Assembly: GCA_963924565.1 (NCBI GenBank) | Contig: OZ004607.1 | Location: forward strand, 8,618,001 to 8,682,000 | Direction of reading: 5' to 3' | DNA length: 64,000 bases | Source of the DNA: Ascidiella aspersa | Lineage: Eukaryota | Shown: piece by piece, positions 19,580 through 33,000 of the stretch | Layout of the letters: each line of letters opens with the position of its first letter | How positions within the stretch are numbered: position 1 is the first letter of the stretch | Position numbers and translations under genes: made by a program | The notes under the pieces: model-generated | What the model was told of the DNA's origin: nothing | The model's input: the letters and a program-made list of their open reading frames with translations, nothing else | Databases searched by the model: none

Positions 19580-22500
19580 ATGTATTTGTATCAAAAAGGT
19601 ATTTTACTGAAGTTGGTTATTCTTATTGTAATAGGATCAACGAAGCAACAACAGACCGACATATTAGGTAAGATGTTTCCCATTATCTTGGTTAAAATAA
19701 TTTATATTATTTGTATCAAAAGGTATGCCTACATTGCTAGCGTAAATTATTTATTTATTTAGATCACCAACCACGTAAATTTGTTCCAGAAAATCTAGAC
19801 GCCTTGGCATTAGAACAGACTCTATGGAACTCGGTATGTTTTTCGGCTTTTTAAACTCACCTTACAAAGGTAATTCTAAAGTGAAAAATTGTTGTTAGTC
19901 ACCAGATCTGAAATCCAATCTGGGTACATTTCATTTCAACGTCAAGTTTCAGGGAAAACCACAAAAATCAACAGGTTTGACGGCTCGTAGGTGATATTAG
20001 TATGAGTCAACTTAAGCGAATTGTCCATTAAAACCACTATAGTGTAAACGCGAACAGCAAACATGAATGGCCAAACGATGATAGCTTATTTCTCCTGTGG
20101 TTTACTTGTGATAAGTAATGTCCGATATCTAATCAAATGCTAAATCGTAACTGACAACTAACCTACACAGACAGTGATTTCATTTTTTATGATCAGCACG
20201 TAATCCATAAAATCCGTCATTTATAAGTGGTAACTCAGTGACAATATTGTGTAATTAGATGATTTCTATGTATGATTGCCGCCTCGCTGACAGTGATAAC
20301 CTTACTAGAAAATTTGGTAATTCATAAAACGCCATATTGGAATGGCCATATTAAAACGCCCAATTGGTCAATAGCCAACATAAACTTTTATGTAATTTGC
20401 TTGATAAACAGTTGATATCAATCGAAAATGTTTTTTGTTTCATTGCAGTTCACACACTCGAACCACGTGATATTGATGTGATAGGAGCTTTGGGCGATTC
20501 CATCACTGTAAGTATTTCCTACTTCCACAGGGATATTAAAAATTTTAAGTTGAGATTGAATAAATACGTAAAAGTCCCTAAACGCCGACAATTTTACCGC
20601 TAATTTTGTAGCGATTCTAAGTAGCAGTAAAATACTGCAGCTCACTATTGTAAGCGCAATATCTCTGTTGTTGAGTTTCTAAATTAGTACCCTACTTGTT
20701 TGTTGCACACGCGATTTTAGCTTACTTTTGTTAAGGCCGGTACTGGTGCCAATGCCACAATCTTATTAGGTCTCGGGATTCAAAACAGGGGTTTATCTTG
20801 GCTCATTGGCGGGGACGAATCATTGGAAAACTCCATTACTTTGACAAGTAAGTTGGTAGTGACTGTAAAGTAGGGTGACCTAAAAATATTGACAAAAAAA
20901 TAAAGGGTTGCAATAAATTAACATTTAGCAAGACATATCCTTTATTTGATTCATTCAGAGGTCAAATTTGAATCAAGTGCGGGGTTTAGGCCTAAATATT
21001 GTGTAGATACGTTAGTTTGTCCCTTAAATCGTTTATCGCATGCTTACCTCGTTCGGCAATAAGTTCGGGTATTTGCGGTTAGTAGTGTTCAAACAGTTCG
21101 TTTTACGGCGCCAAGGTTTACTAAAAATCTGCACAATGCTCAAAATGGACCAAAATCGTATATAAATCATAATTCTACAGGCGTAAGAACAAACTAGCGA
21201 AATAATTCCAAATTTGTTCGTCTAATAACTGTTATCTTAAATAAAATGAGAAGCACGGTTTTGTTCATTGGCACTATAAAGAAAAGAAGGATTAAGCTGT
21301 AGACAAGCTTTAACAGTGCATTTACCGGAAAAAAATACTTCCGGAAGTTTTCTAATTACGTTGTTTGGATATCAAACTTAAATTGAACTGTATAGTTGGG
21401 AAAGTGCATTTGTTACGCCTTGAAAGAGAACGGCTTAGCTGCGTTAATTTCGAGCTCTAGACTTGCGGAAACCGCGTTTGACGTACAGGTTGTTTGTTAG
21501 ATTGACGTAGCTGAACACATGCCCTGCATACTTCGCTGGTCTGTATTTGTATACGGTCTTAGGTTTTATGAGCTGTACACTGTACAGTATGTGATCAACA
21601 AATCTTTGAGGAACACAATCATTATAATGAACTTAGGTACTTCTTGGCTAATTTCTATATATTTTCTAGAGTTCGTTCCTTTAGGTCAGAGGTCTGTTCG
21701 TCAAACTGTGGACCGCAGAACCATACATTTTTAGTGGGACGCGAGCTACTTTTTAATGGTTTAGTTTTATCATTTAGTTGTGGGCCGCGTAACTAATAAC
21801 CGTACTTTATTGCACTCAATTTAAAAAAATAATGTGTGTAAAAATGTGCATGTCCCTAGGCTTAACATAAATCCGGGATTCTCCCCTGTTGTCGTAGTGG
21901 TTTTACGTAGTGGGCTTTTAATACCTCTAGAAAGAGGAGTAAAAACGAAAAATAAAAAAAAGAAACATTTTTTTATTACATTAGAAAAATTATCGACTGC
22001 ATAAATACAATTGTAATCATAAAAAAGGTTAAAATGATCGAAAAAAGGAGCAAATTTTAACAGCTATAAATTAGGTACAAGATCATAACGCATGTCAACC
22101 CGAAAAAAACTTTCATATTTTAAATTTCTTACAGTTGTTTTGAAAAAAATAATAATCTTTTATGTTTGTTTAAAAATTCTGAACCGTACAGATATCCTGA
22201 GAAAGTTCAATCCGGAAATCAAAGGCTACTCTGTGGGCAATGATTACGGCAAAAGAGGCAGCGAGGAAAACTGGTACAACGAGGCAGTACCTGGTGCAAA
22301 AGCCGCGTATGTTCATCTCCTGTTGTTTTTGCAAATATTCCAAGACAAGTGGTTAAAATTATCTAGCTTTGAGCAAATTTTACCAGTTTGCAAGAGTGCT
22401 TTTAAAATAAAGTCTCCTAAAACTTCTTAAAGGTCACCAAAGTCAAACCTTGAAAATATATAATACCCTGAAAGCCATCGCAGGCCCTAATCGTTGGACT

Positions 22501-25500
22501 AAAAGCAGCTTAATAGCTTAATAAGGGCTAGATTACAGTTGTTGAACACATATGTGTGTGTATCTTTTATTAAAAATATCTATATATGTAATTTTTCTTA
22601 CTTTTCCGTATCAAAAAAAATTGCAAACAGTCGCGAATAAAAGAATCATCATCAATTGTTTTTCGAATTGGACTAGTTAAATATAAAAAAGTAATCGCTT
22701 CGTAACCAAGGCTTGTAATTTGTTAAATTTTACCGAATCTTTAAATTAATGTTGGTTATGGAATTCTAACTCGAAAGGTTTACATGAAAATAGAGCAAAA
22801 GCGTAGCATTGTAACTTTCACGTTTGTTGTTTTCCAGTGATCTGACAAATCAAGCAAGACGACTTGTTTCGGCAATGAAAAACGACAACGTACGTAACTT
22901 ACACCCACAAGGGGTTTATAAATGCTATATATTACACAATATAAGTAAGCTACTGATAGAATAAAAAGTATTTCAAATAAGGTTAGCTCTATCAGGCAAC
23001 AAATTAATCGATACAAATTTTGGTGCCAGCGTGAACAAAACTAAAAGCGGCGTTATTAACCACGATAAAAAAGTAACTGCTGGAAAACAAAAATCAGTTT
23101 ATTAGTTTTTACACGGGATAAGCATTTTCCATCATCTATTGGCAAATGGCAAGTAAATTTATTATTTTCCCGAACTTATTGTTTAGCGAACAAACTTTGA
23201 AAACGATTGGAAGCTTGTTTCGATCTTCATCGGATTTAACGACATTTGCCAAGTGCATTTGGACCTAAACCGATCTTTGCCCGAAGTGTACGTTGGTGAA
23301 ATAAAAAAGGCCATCTCGATTCTACACCAACAGGTAATAATGTCATTTTTATATTAAATCTTTGGATCGCTAAAACAGACGAACTTAACTAAAAAAATAA
23401 TAAAAAATAATAAAAAAACGTTTTATTCCTGCCTTGCTTGTTTTTCTGTCTTAGTATAAGTGATTTGAATTATAACAATATACCACTATTTTTATCAATT
23501 TTATTTAGGCAAACTAAATTTTGTTTTATTGCACTTACACAAATAAGAAAATAGGTTGACCGTTATAAACACGCAAGTCTAGCTCAACTGATACAAAATG
23601 TCTTTATTTTGTTTAAACTATGTTCGTTAAACTGTTTAACGAACTTAGTTTCGTTAGTTTGTAAATTTTAACAATTTAAACGAGCTTAGTTTAAGAAATA
23701 CGATACACACACGTTTCAATGGCCTTTAAAACTTAATTATATATATTAACCTGTGGTGGGATTCACAATTTTGTCAGCCGGTTCTATCACAAAAGTCATA
23801 TTTTTAAGGCGGTTCTGTTACAAAAAAGTCATATTTTTCAGGCGGTTCTGTTACAAAAAGTCATATTTTTCAGCAAATAATTAAAGTATTTGCAATAACA
23901 GGATGCAACCTAAGGTTCTCGCGAATGGTTCGAACCAGTTGAATCCCATCACTGCTAACATCCACGCTAAAAAGCAGCAGTCGTCTCATGACTTGTACTT
24001 ATGACGCAACAACGGAATTTTCAGACACTCCATCACAGAAACATACGGCCCGCCGGCCGGATCGGCCCGCCAAAGCAGTTTAATCCGGCCCGCGGCTTAT
24101 TTTACTTAAAAAACATAGTCTAAGCGAAAACAATGGCGAGTTTTTACATGTTTGTTTGTATCGTAAACACTTTTTCCAGGGACGGATCTAGTCGTGACCC
24201 CGCCAAATTCGATTGTTTTAAATACTAAAACGGAAATTGTTTTTACTTTCTCGTATGTTCCACTCGATTTTTGGCAACGTTACAGCCAAAAAGCGTCCTC
24301 CCCCCTAAAGTTTAACAAACTTAGCCTAATATTTGTATATTTTTGCGCGTCGAAAGTATTCCGTCTTTATAATATGAACGAAATAGCGTCCGTTTTCTAA
24401 ACTCTGAAATACACCGACTCACCTTTTGTCAACCTAATTTAGTTAATGCCATGTTTTTAATCTTAATTCTTTTGAGTCAACGCGCCCCACAACTGGATAA
24501 ACGCCAATATATCAGGCAGTGTATTTTTTTTTGTCTATGGTCAATGCTTTACGACCCCCTCTAAATCTAAATTAAAGTTTGCATTTTAAAACAAATATAG
24601 TCGCAATTTTTTCGCGAAACACACGAACTACTTGGATCTTAAATATCTATGTATCAGATAAGTTGCAAAAATGCATTGGCAGTAACCAGTAATGCTAACC
24701 GGTTCGCTAAACTCATAAAATTTCGTGAGACGGCTCTTTAGAACCGGCTGAATCCCACCACTGATGTTAACTCTGTTTAAATTGGCATTAGCTTCCCCGA
24801 ACGATCGTTCAAGTTGCCTTGATGATGGAAATGTATGTTCTGCCCCAAGTAGCGCGAGCTGAGAATGCCTACCCCCTCTGCAACCTAACCCAGAGGCTTT
24901 TCTGTCCCTACGTTTCCATCGCAAACGAGACTGAGCTTCGCGAGATAAACCGACAGTATCAGGTATGAACTGAATTTTGCAGTCAGTGACACGCAGTATA
25001 TATTATTTTTTACTTCTACGAGTAATAAAAGTCAGAATATGTGACCAGTGCCGAAGGAATCGTATAATTACCACTTTTGACATGGGTTATCCCAGCGGTT
25101 CCCAAACTGGGGTCCGTACAACAGTTTCAGAGGGTACGCAAGGAGAATTAGTTCTTAAGTTTTTCAACATTAAGCTTTAGCGAATGTTTTAACAATATAT
25201 GTCATCATTATTGTCTTCAGTTATGCTTTATTATTCGATAATATTGTGTGTTTTATGATTTCTCTTGTGACACCATAAAGGATCTATTATGCTGTACTAC
25301 CTGCTATCAGCAAATCGTTCGCTTTAGTTGGAAAGTTGTTACTTTAGAAAGAATCCTTACTGCACTTGTGTACTACAAGAAACATAGGTCAACTGACTCT
25401 TGAATTTTGTAGGGCCGCGAAATATCAAAATAATTGCAAAGGGTTATAAACCAGGCAAAAAGTTTGGGAACCGCTGGGTCGTCCAATCAGTATTTTATTA

Positions 25501-27317
25501 ATGAACCAATAAAGATATCTCAAAAAAATAATGACATTCTCAACTTAGGCATAATGACATCTCAACTTAGGCATTATAAAAATTCTTGCATTTTTATAAA
25601 AGTCAGTGAATATCGCATTGCAATATAAACAAACTCACATCTGCGCATGACTCTTCTGGAAAGGCTTCCGAAATCAGTCTGCCAAATTAAGATTTTTGAC
25701 CGAGCAAGGCCAGGCTAGAAAATCAACTAGTTTGCTGTGAGATTCGAACTCACGACCGCGGCCGAACCGGGAACGTCGCACTACCGACTAAAATAAGCAG
25801 ACTGGTAGCTGGTCGAGAAACGAACATATAGCACCCTTGCCTGATACATCCTATTCGTACATCCAAACTGATTTAAGGGGAATCAACATCCCGTATCATC
25901 AACTGAAACATTCATATACACAATGTGTATAATATATGTTTACGATTTTAAGGGCTTGGTAACAGATTATACATATTATGAGTTTAAAAGTATCAAATCA
26001 CATATATACCTATATGAAGGACTGGGGTTGTTTTAATTTATGTATACTATAATGGTTAAATGTATACGAAAAAATATCTTTAAACAAAGTCTTAGATATA
26101 TTTTCTGTCTTCTACGAACAGACATTGTATGACGGCTATAGCGTTTATACCATTATATTACTTTGTTTTCCTGCAGACCCAGCTAGAAGACTTGATTGGA
26201 AGTGGAATTTTTGACACAAGAGACGATTTTACGGTAGTTACGCAACCCTTCTTCAAAAACACTGTGCTTCCTTTAAACGAGGTAAAGGTAATATTTATCC
26301 GTATTTAAATATAGTCCGAATTTAGTTACTTATAAATAACCTCAATTGAAATTCGTTTTACGGCTGTTCATTCAATACATGTAAAAAAAGTTTTATAATG
26401 CCTATCCTGATTGAATTTACGTTCCAATATCTGGACCTCTGTAAACTTGCAACTTTGATTGCTGTTATTTTTTAGGAAGGCAAAGTCGATGCCAGTTATT
26501 TTTCTCCCGATTGTTTTCACTTCAGTCACAAGAGTCACGCCCTAGGAGCCCTCAACATTTGGAATAACATGGTTAGGTATAGTATTAGTAGGAGCTGCTG
26601 TAGGCGTTAGTTTAAAAGAACCAGTTTATACTTAACGCGAATTTTTGAGAAATGGTTTTTTCCTAAGTTAATGAATCTGAACTTTAATTAAGATTTATTA
26701 TAACAATAACTGTTCTTGTATTGATACCAGATGGAGCCAGTCGGGGAAAAAACAACATCATGGGGAATAAGTAATCTGAAGTGTCCCGGTCAGGTTGTAA
26801 ACCGTCACGCTGGATGTTAAACGACCATTTTATATTTAGTTACTGTTAGGAATGCGAAGAGCTTAATTCAATTACTTTTAAGTTCTAAAAAATTTAGCTT
26901 CAATTATAAACTTGGCACAAATCTTGCTAAAGATTTCGTTCTACTTTCACAGTGTGTGGAATTAATACTTTACTCAAAGCCAGAAAATTAGAGGCATTTT
27001 AATGTTAAAATTCGTTAAATTGGTATGTCATTTTATACGGTGGTCAAATACCAAAAAATGTAAACATGTGATCTTCGTTATTCAGCTATATAAAATCCTT
27101 TTACTTCACTTTCCAGGAGCATCGGTTTGTTTTTACACAACTCAACAGCGACATCGCGCGAAGGAACTCCTTATACTTGCCTGAATCGGCTGCGATATGT
27201 GAACCTGAAAGTTGTGACGAAATCCCTTCTTGGTCCATTACGGCCATCGTGTCTCTCATGGCCGTAGCTGCCACACAAACATTTACCATATTTTTCGTGC
27301 TGCGTTGTCTTTTGTGA
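19580..27317 (+). CDS. PLB1: Phospholipase B1-like GDSL/SGNH lipase, copy 1 (13 coding exons, about 451 aa, signal peptide and C-terminal membrane anchor)
   Basis: Exons 19580-19667, 19763-19833, 19899-19974, 20449-20507, 20736-20847, 22192-22306, 22838-22889, 23187-23333, 24792-24962, 26177-26281, 26476-26571, 26731-26793, 27117-27317 join in frame with GT-AG introns. Motifs VHTLEPRDIDVIGALGDSIT, DWKLVSIFIGFND, DDFTVVTQPFF and SPDCFHFS are present. Confidence 0.92.
23751..24763. mobile_element. hAT-like non-autonomous element in a PLB1 copy-1 intron, with internal tandem repeats and a GGCCCGC-type fragment
   Basis: TIR-like CTGTGGTGGGATTCA / TGAATCCCACCACTG, TSD ATATTAAC/ATGTTAAC, about 33-bp tandem repeat CGGTTCTGTTACAAAAAGTCATATTTTT x3. 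Absent from copy 2. Confidence 0.8.
25650..25875 (-). repeat. Interspersed repeat with an internal tRNA-like segment (diverged copy)
   Basis: The reverse complement aligns to 44885-45100, including the B-box GTGAGTTCGAATC and the downstream AGCCTGGCCT...ACTGATTTCGG. Confidence 0.65.
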
Positions 27318-28016
27318 ACCAAAGGGTTTTACTTATGGTAATTTGTTGACACTTATATTTATCCTTCAAATTGACGTCAATTTTCACTTTTAAACTTACA
27401 AACCCTTCTTTTTTTAATTTACTAACGTTGCAATAGCAGTCTCCATTTTAAACCCACGAAAACAAACATTGCATAAAAACTTAAGCTGTATATATAACGC
27501 GCCACCTATCGAAAAAGGTTTTTCATAAGACAGTGGTTCTCAACTTTTTTGAGCGCGACCCAAATCTGAGTTTTATGTACATCTCACGACCCAAGCTTTA
27601 AATTTAGAAAATAAATATTTTTAGTGACATGCATGAAATAGAAAAATCACATAAACAACCAGATGTAGTAGCCTACAATGTTCTATGAAAGAATGATTTG
27701 TTACAAACAAATGATTGATTTTAACTTTTACCAATACTACCTGCAAGTGCAACTATAATAACTTAGTTAAAAGAAACAAAACATATAGCTAGTATCAAAA
27801 GAAACGAACCGATAGCGCAAACTGAAATAGATGAGTTTCTGCTCAGGACCTCAAATTGCGAATAAATATTACACAATATTCTCAATTCTAATCAAAGTTT
27901 ATCAGTTACTTTAAAAAAAACGCTAGTTAAACAGAATTCTGAGGTATATGTGTGTAATACGAGCAACTGCGGCTACCGCTTACACCAGTCTTAGCAACAC
28001 TGTAGCAGGCTGCCAT

Positions 28017-28438
28017 CATAGGCGTAGCCAGGGGGGTGCCATGGCCCCCCCCAAAATTTATAAATAATTTACTCTTAATAATTTGTTTGGTAGGATTTAT
28101 GAGCAGTACCACAAAAGTCGATCACAGGCATGCCACACCTTCAATTGTCATGCATTGTTACGTCACAAACGATGTAGTTAATATATCGTTTGCTATACAA
28201 TAATGTAGTTTTACTACTTCGTTTGCTATACAATAATGTAGTTTTACTACTTCATTCAGTTTTTGCTCTTTGAGTAGTTTTTGAGTATTGCGTTAACATT
28301 CAGTCAGTTGCTGCTCGAAACGGTTTGCTAGCATTGGTATTTGTGTTCGTTACGACAATTAATACAATGACAAAAGCTAAACAAAATATTCCAACTTTTT
28401 ACCCCCCCCCCAAAAATTTTCGGCTGGCTACGCCACTG
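28017..28438. mobile_element. Nested hAT-like MITE (422 bp)
   Basis: TIR CATAGGCGTAGCCAG / CTGGCTACGCCACTG and a perfect 8-bp TSD GCTGCCAT. Confidence 0.9.
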
Positions 28439-28662
28439 GCTGCCATCATCAAAACCAGGGCTCTCACAAATCAAAACCAGAAAATTCCTAAAGCTATGTT
28501 AAAAAATCCCTGGATGGCATGAAAAATCCCTAAAACATAATTAGCGCGTTATGCCATGTGATCACGTTACATATACAAATGAGAAACAAATTAACCTTGT
28601 TTACATGCTAAAAGCAAGCTGTAGATTTTCCCATATTTTTTAAATAACTGCATTGTGTAGCC

Positions 28663-29085
28663 CTGCGTGGTCCAAGTTTGACAGCATCGTGGGCCACAAT
28701 ATTTCTTGCATATTCTTTGCGGGCCACATAAAGTGCTACATGCGTGCTAGGGGCGAAAAATTTGCGTATTTGACAAAACTTTTAATTTAGAAGACTGCGT
28801 TTTATAAGCGTAGAATATTTGCGGAAACCATGCGTACCTTTCTGAAATGAGGTGTTGCAAACTACACAATCGCCAAATTACATTTTATCGCGAAAAAAAT
28901 GGTTTATAACCGGAAATATGTAATTATACTGATACAATTGCAGCACGCTTACTGTCCGTTGGTCACTTAGAGTTCTTTGATTCAACTTCAACGGTGCGCA
29001 TGCAATAATTAATTCAGCATTGCTTCGCGGCCACGAACAATGATGTTGCGGGCTGCGGACCTGGGTTTGGACCACCCTGGACCTG
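28663..29085. mobile_element. Second nested MITE
   Basis: Ends CTGCGTGGTCCAA / TTGGACCACCCTG, flanked by the 8-bp direct repeat GTGTAGCC. Confidence 0.65.
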
Positions 29086-30003
29086 GTGTAGCCTATAGGC
29101 CTACTCTAGACTACTATTGGCCATTATGTCCAGCTACTCTTTTGAGCAGCAATGTGCTGACATACTCCACCACCTGGTACCATTTTAATTAAAGTTATAT
29201 CTTGCACCTGACCACATTAAGAAAAAAAATTAGCTAAGCTAGTATAATCATAGAATACTAATTATGATATAATGCATAACGTCCACTAGCGCAAAAATCA
29301 ACAAATTTATGCCAGGTTTGAAATAGGCAAGCAGTTTCAGTTACTCTTTAAAATTTCATATAAACTTCCACCATAGAGGCCCATGTTTGGGTCGCGACCC
29401 ATACTTTGAGAACCACTGTCATAAGGGGAACGTACTACTTTTTTAAAACCTCAAGATAGCTAATAATACAAGACGTATAAAGCGATAAAAACAGCAAACA
29501 AAAATTACTAGAAAACAACAAACAATCATCGTTTCAAATATAATTAGGCTATACTTAATTAAAAAAATATTTTGTTGTAATAAACACGCAAATATTTTAT
29601 GGTTGGTATTTTAGGCAAACAAGGCAAATAAAGTTATCAAAAACTGTTGAACTATTTACTTTGAAATCTAATGTTGTTGTTCTGTTATACAATAATAAAC
29701 CTTGGAATTGAACGCGTTATTTAGAAAATGTTTATCACGAGCAAACAATATAAAAGAGAGGTGCTAAAATTCAGACATAGGCTTATGTGAGTGATACAAT
29801 GTACAACAAGCTTTTTTGTTTTTTGGCGTTATACTGCTACGTTAACTTGCGATCGGTATATTTTGTAGTTTGCATTGTTAATTTTAATCCGGTGTAGGCA
29901 GTCTATTCTGTAATATACAGTAGACGAGAGACGACAATAAACAAATATTCTAGACATGTTGTGGGATTTACTTCTCAATCAGTATTTTAGGAAACCAGGT
30001 ATC

Positions 30004-33000
30004 ATGTATTTCTATCGAAAAGGTATTTTATTGAAGTTGGTTATTCTTATTGCAATAGGATCAACAAAGCAACAACAGGCCGACATATTACGTAAGATAT
30101 TTCCCATCATCTTGGTAAAATCGTTTATATTATTTCTACCCAAAACTTAGGCCTACATTGCTATCGTTCCGCATTTTTTCTTTATATATTTTAGATCACC
30201 AACAACGTAAATTTGTTCGAGAAAATCTAGATGCCTTGGCATTAGAACAGACTCTGTTGGGTGCGGTAGGTTTTCGGTATTTTAAACTGATATCATAAAG
30301 TGATAATATGCAGATTATAACGTGACATGTTGTTGTTAGTCATCAGATCTGAAATCCAATCTGGGAACATTTCATTTCGACGTCAAGTTTCAGGGAAAAC
30401 CACAGAAAACAACAGGTTTGAAGGCTCGTAGCTAATTTTATTATGAGTTAAATTGAGTGAATTGTTGATTAAAACCTCTTAGCCCAAACGCGAACATCAA
30501 ACATGAATGTCCAAGGATGATAGTTCATTTTTTCCTGTGGTTAACCTATTGTGATAAAGAATGTCTGATATCTAATCAAATGTTAAATCGTAACCGACAA
30601 CCAGCCCACACAGACAATGATTTCATTTTTTATCGTCAACACGTAATCCATAAAATCATTCATTTATAAGTGATAACTCAGCGCCAATATTATATAATTG
30701 GATGTCCTTGCTGCTTTGCTGATAGCAATAACGTTACTTAAAAATTTGCTAATTCTTAAAACGCCCAATTGGAAAATTGGGCAATGGCCAAGATAAATCT
30801 CTATGTAACGTTTTTAGGGGCAAATACTGCGCCAAGGGCAAATTGATTAAAATTGTGTTGACCCAACTAATGGCAGGAAACCTATCCTGATAAAAAGTTG
30901 ATATCAATCGGAAAAGTTTTTTGTTTCATTGCAGTTCACACACTCGAACCACGTGATATTGATGTGATAGGAGCTTTGGGTGATTCCATCACTGTAAGTA
31001 TTTATTACTTCACCACAACACTATTAAAAATACGTCAAAAGTCCCTAAACGCCGAACATTTTACTGAATATTTTGTAGCGATCCTAAGTAGCAGCAAAAC
31101 ACTGCACCCCACTATTATTTGTTGTTTGTCTGTAATATAGTACTTGTTTGTTGCACACGCGGTTTTAGCTGACTTTTGTTAAGGCCGGTACTGGTGCCAA
31201 CGCCACAAACTTGTTAGATGTCGGGATTCACAACAGGGGTTTATCCTGGCTCATTGGCGGGGACGAATCTTTGGAAAGTTCCATTACTTTGACGAGTAAG
31301 TTGGCAGTAAGTCTAAAATAGAATGGCCAAAATATATCGACCAAACAAATTAAGGTTTGCAACGGACATTTAGCAAGACATATCCTTTATTTGATTCATT
31401 CAGAAGTCAATTTTTTACCAAGTGTAAGGTTTAAGCTAGAATATTCAGACAAGTTATTTATTAATTATTACCCGTTGTTCGGCGCTTATCGCATGCTTGC
31501 CTCGTTAGGTAACAAGTTCGGGCATTTGCGGTTAGGTTAGTTGACGCACTTGTGGGTATTAGTGTTCAAACTGTTCGTTTTATTGCCCCAAGGTTTGCTG
31601 AAAGCTGCACAATGCTTAAAATGGACAAAAAACGCATCTAAATCACAGTTCTACAAACATAAGAACACACTACTAAAATAAGTCATAAATTGTTGGACTT
31701 ATAACCATCTTAAATGAAAAATAATTACACGGTTTTGCTTATCAGCACTATTAGGAAACACAAGGTTTAAGCCAGTGGTTCTCAACCTTTTATGATTCGT
31801 CGCCCCCTTTGAAATGTTCTCAACCCTCGTAGCACCCTGCTTAAAAAAATGCCTAGCATTGTGTTTAACGTCTTTTCACTTGTTTTACTTCTTCATGACT
31901 AACGCATGCACTACCTTGCTAAAAAATTAACAAATAAGTCATTTTAATTTAAATTAACTTAGTTAGTCTTTACAAAGCTTGGTCTTACAATGACATTTAT
32001 TTTAAATTCGGCTCTGTTTTGTACTGAGCCAAGCGATGCCACTACATTCGCGGAGATGATTTCTTAATTTTCGTTTTATTAATGCTTTACTATTTTTTGT
32101 CAAATAAGCTAGATGAATATTGGCCTAAAATTGACCTTGAGTACCCTGTGGCGTACTTTATGCGTTTTACGTTGAAATGTTTCAGCTTTTGCCGGACATT
32201 TAATGCTTAGGTGAAGGGTATCGGGCTATCGGCAAGTAATATGCCACTAGAAAAAACGCTGACGCCGCACTACATGACTACATATATAGCAGCCCAGCAA
32301 TTGTTTCGCCACAGCGACAGATCTTTCACCAAATTTGCCACTCGCCTACGTGCGGCGTAACTTTGGGCGATAAAACGAATAAAATGATCCAATATTTTAC
32401 TTTGAACATCCCCACTGCACCCGATTCGATTTGTTTTCAACGCTTGTAGCGCTCGTATTAGGATAATTCGGGGCTTTGAAGCGTTTGTATTAGAACATGT
32501 GTTGCGGACTGTTTTAGAACAGGATACAGGCGAACAGCGAATGCGCAGACTAATCATGCATAACGAAACGTTGCCAAGCGATGCATACTACAGATTTTTT
32601 ATCTTGTACAGTTTTGGATATTATAAAAGCGGAAAAGTTTATAACTGTACCAAGTTGATGCGATGTTTATAATTTTACCCAGTAAATAGCAGATTAAAGA
32701 CTTTTATTGTTGCTGAAGCCTACCCAGACAACATATCATTTTATTGTTGCTGAAGCCTAATATTATTTGGGTTAAAGTGCGGGTTAGCGTTTCGGTTTGG
32801 GTATAGGTTAAGCCCTGGTTGGAAAGTTTTGGCCTGGGATAAATCCCCCGCGCAGTAGCACCTTCAGCCACGGTCACAGCCGCGCATTTTATAGAAAATG
32901 TGTTCAGCCGCGCAAATCTGACTCGAGCAAACGCACAAAACTTCAGCCGCGCAAACTTCTGTATGGAACTAAATTACCTAAAAATGAGTAATACTGCTAA

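Larger units (their letters stand above)
27531..29418. mobile_element. hAT-like non-autonomous element (1888 bp) with two nested MITEs
   Basis: TIR CAGTGGTTCTCAA / TTGAGAACCACTG, TSD TCATAAGA/TCATAAGG, and an empty site in the paralogous region at about 10400. Confidence 0.9.
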
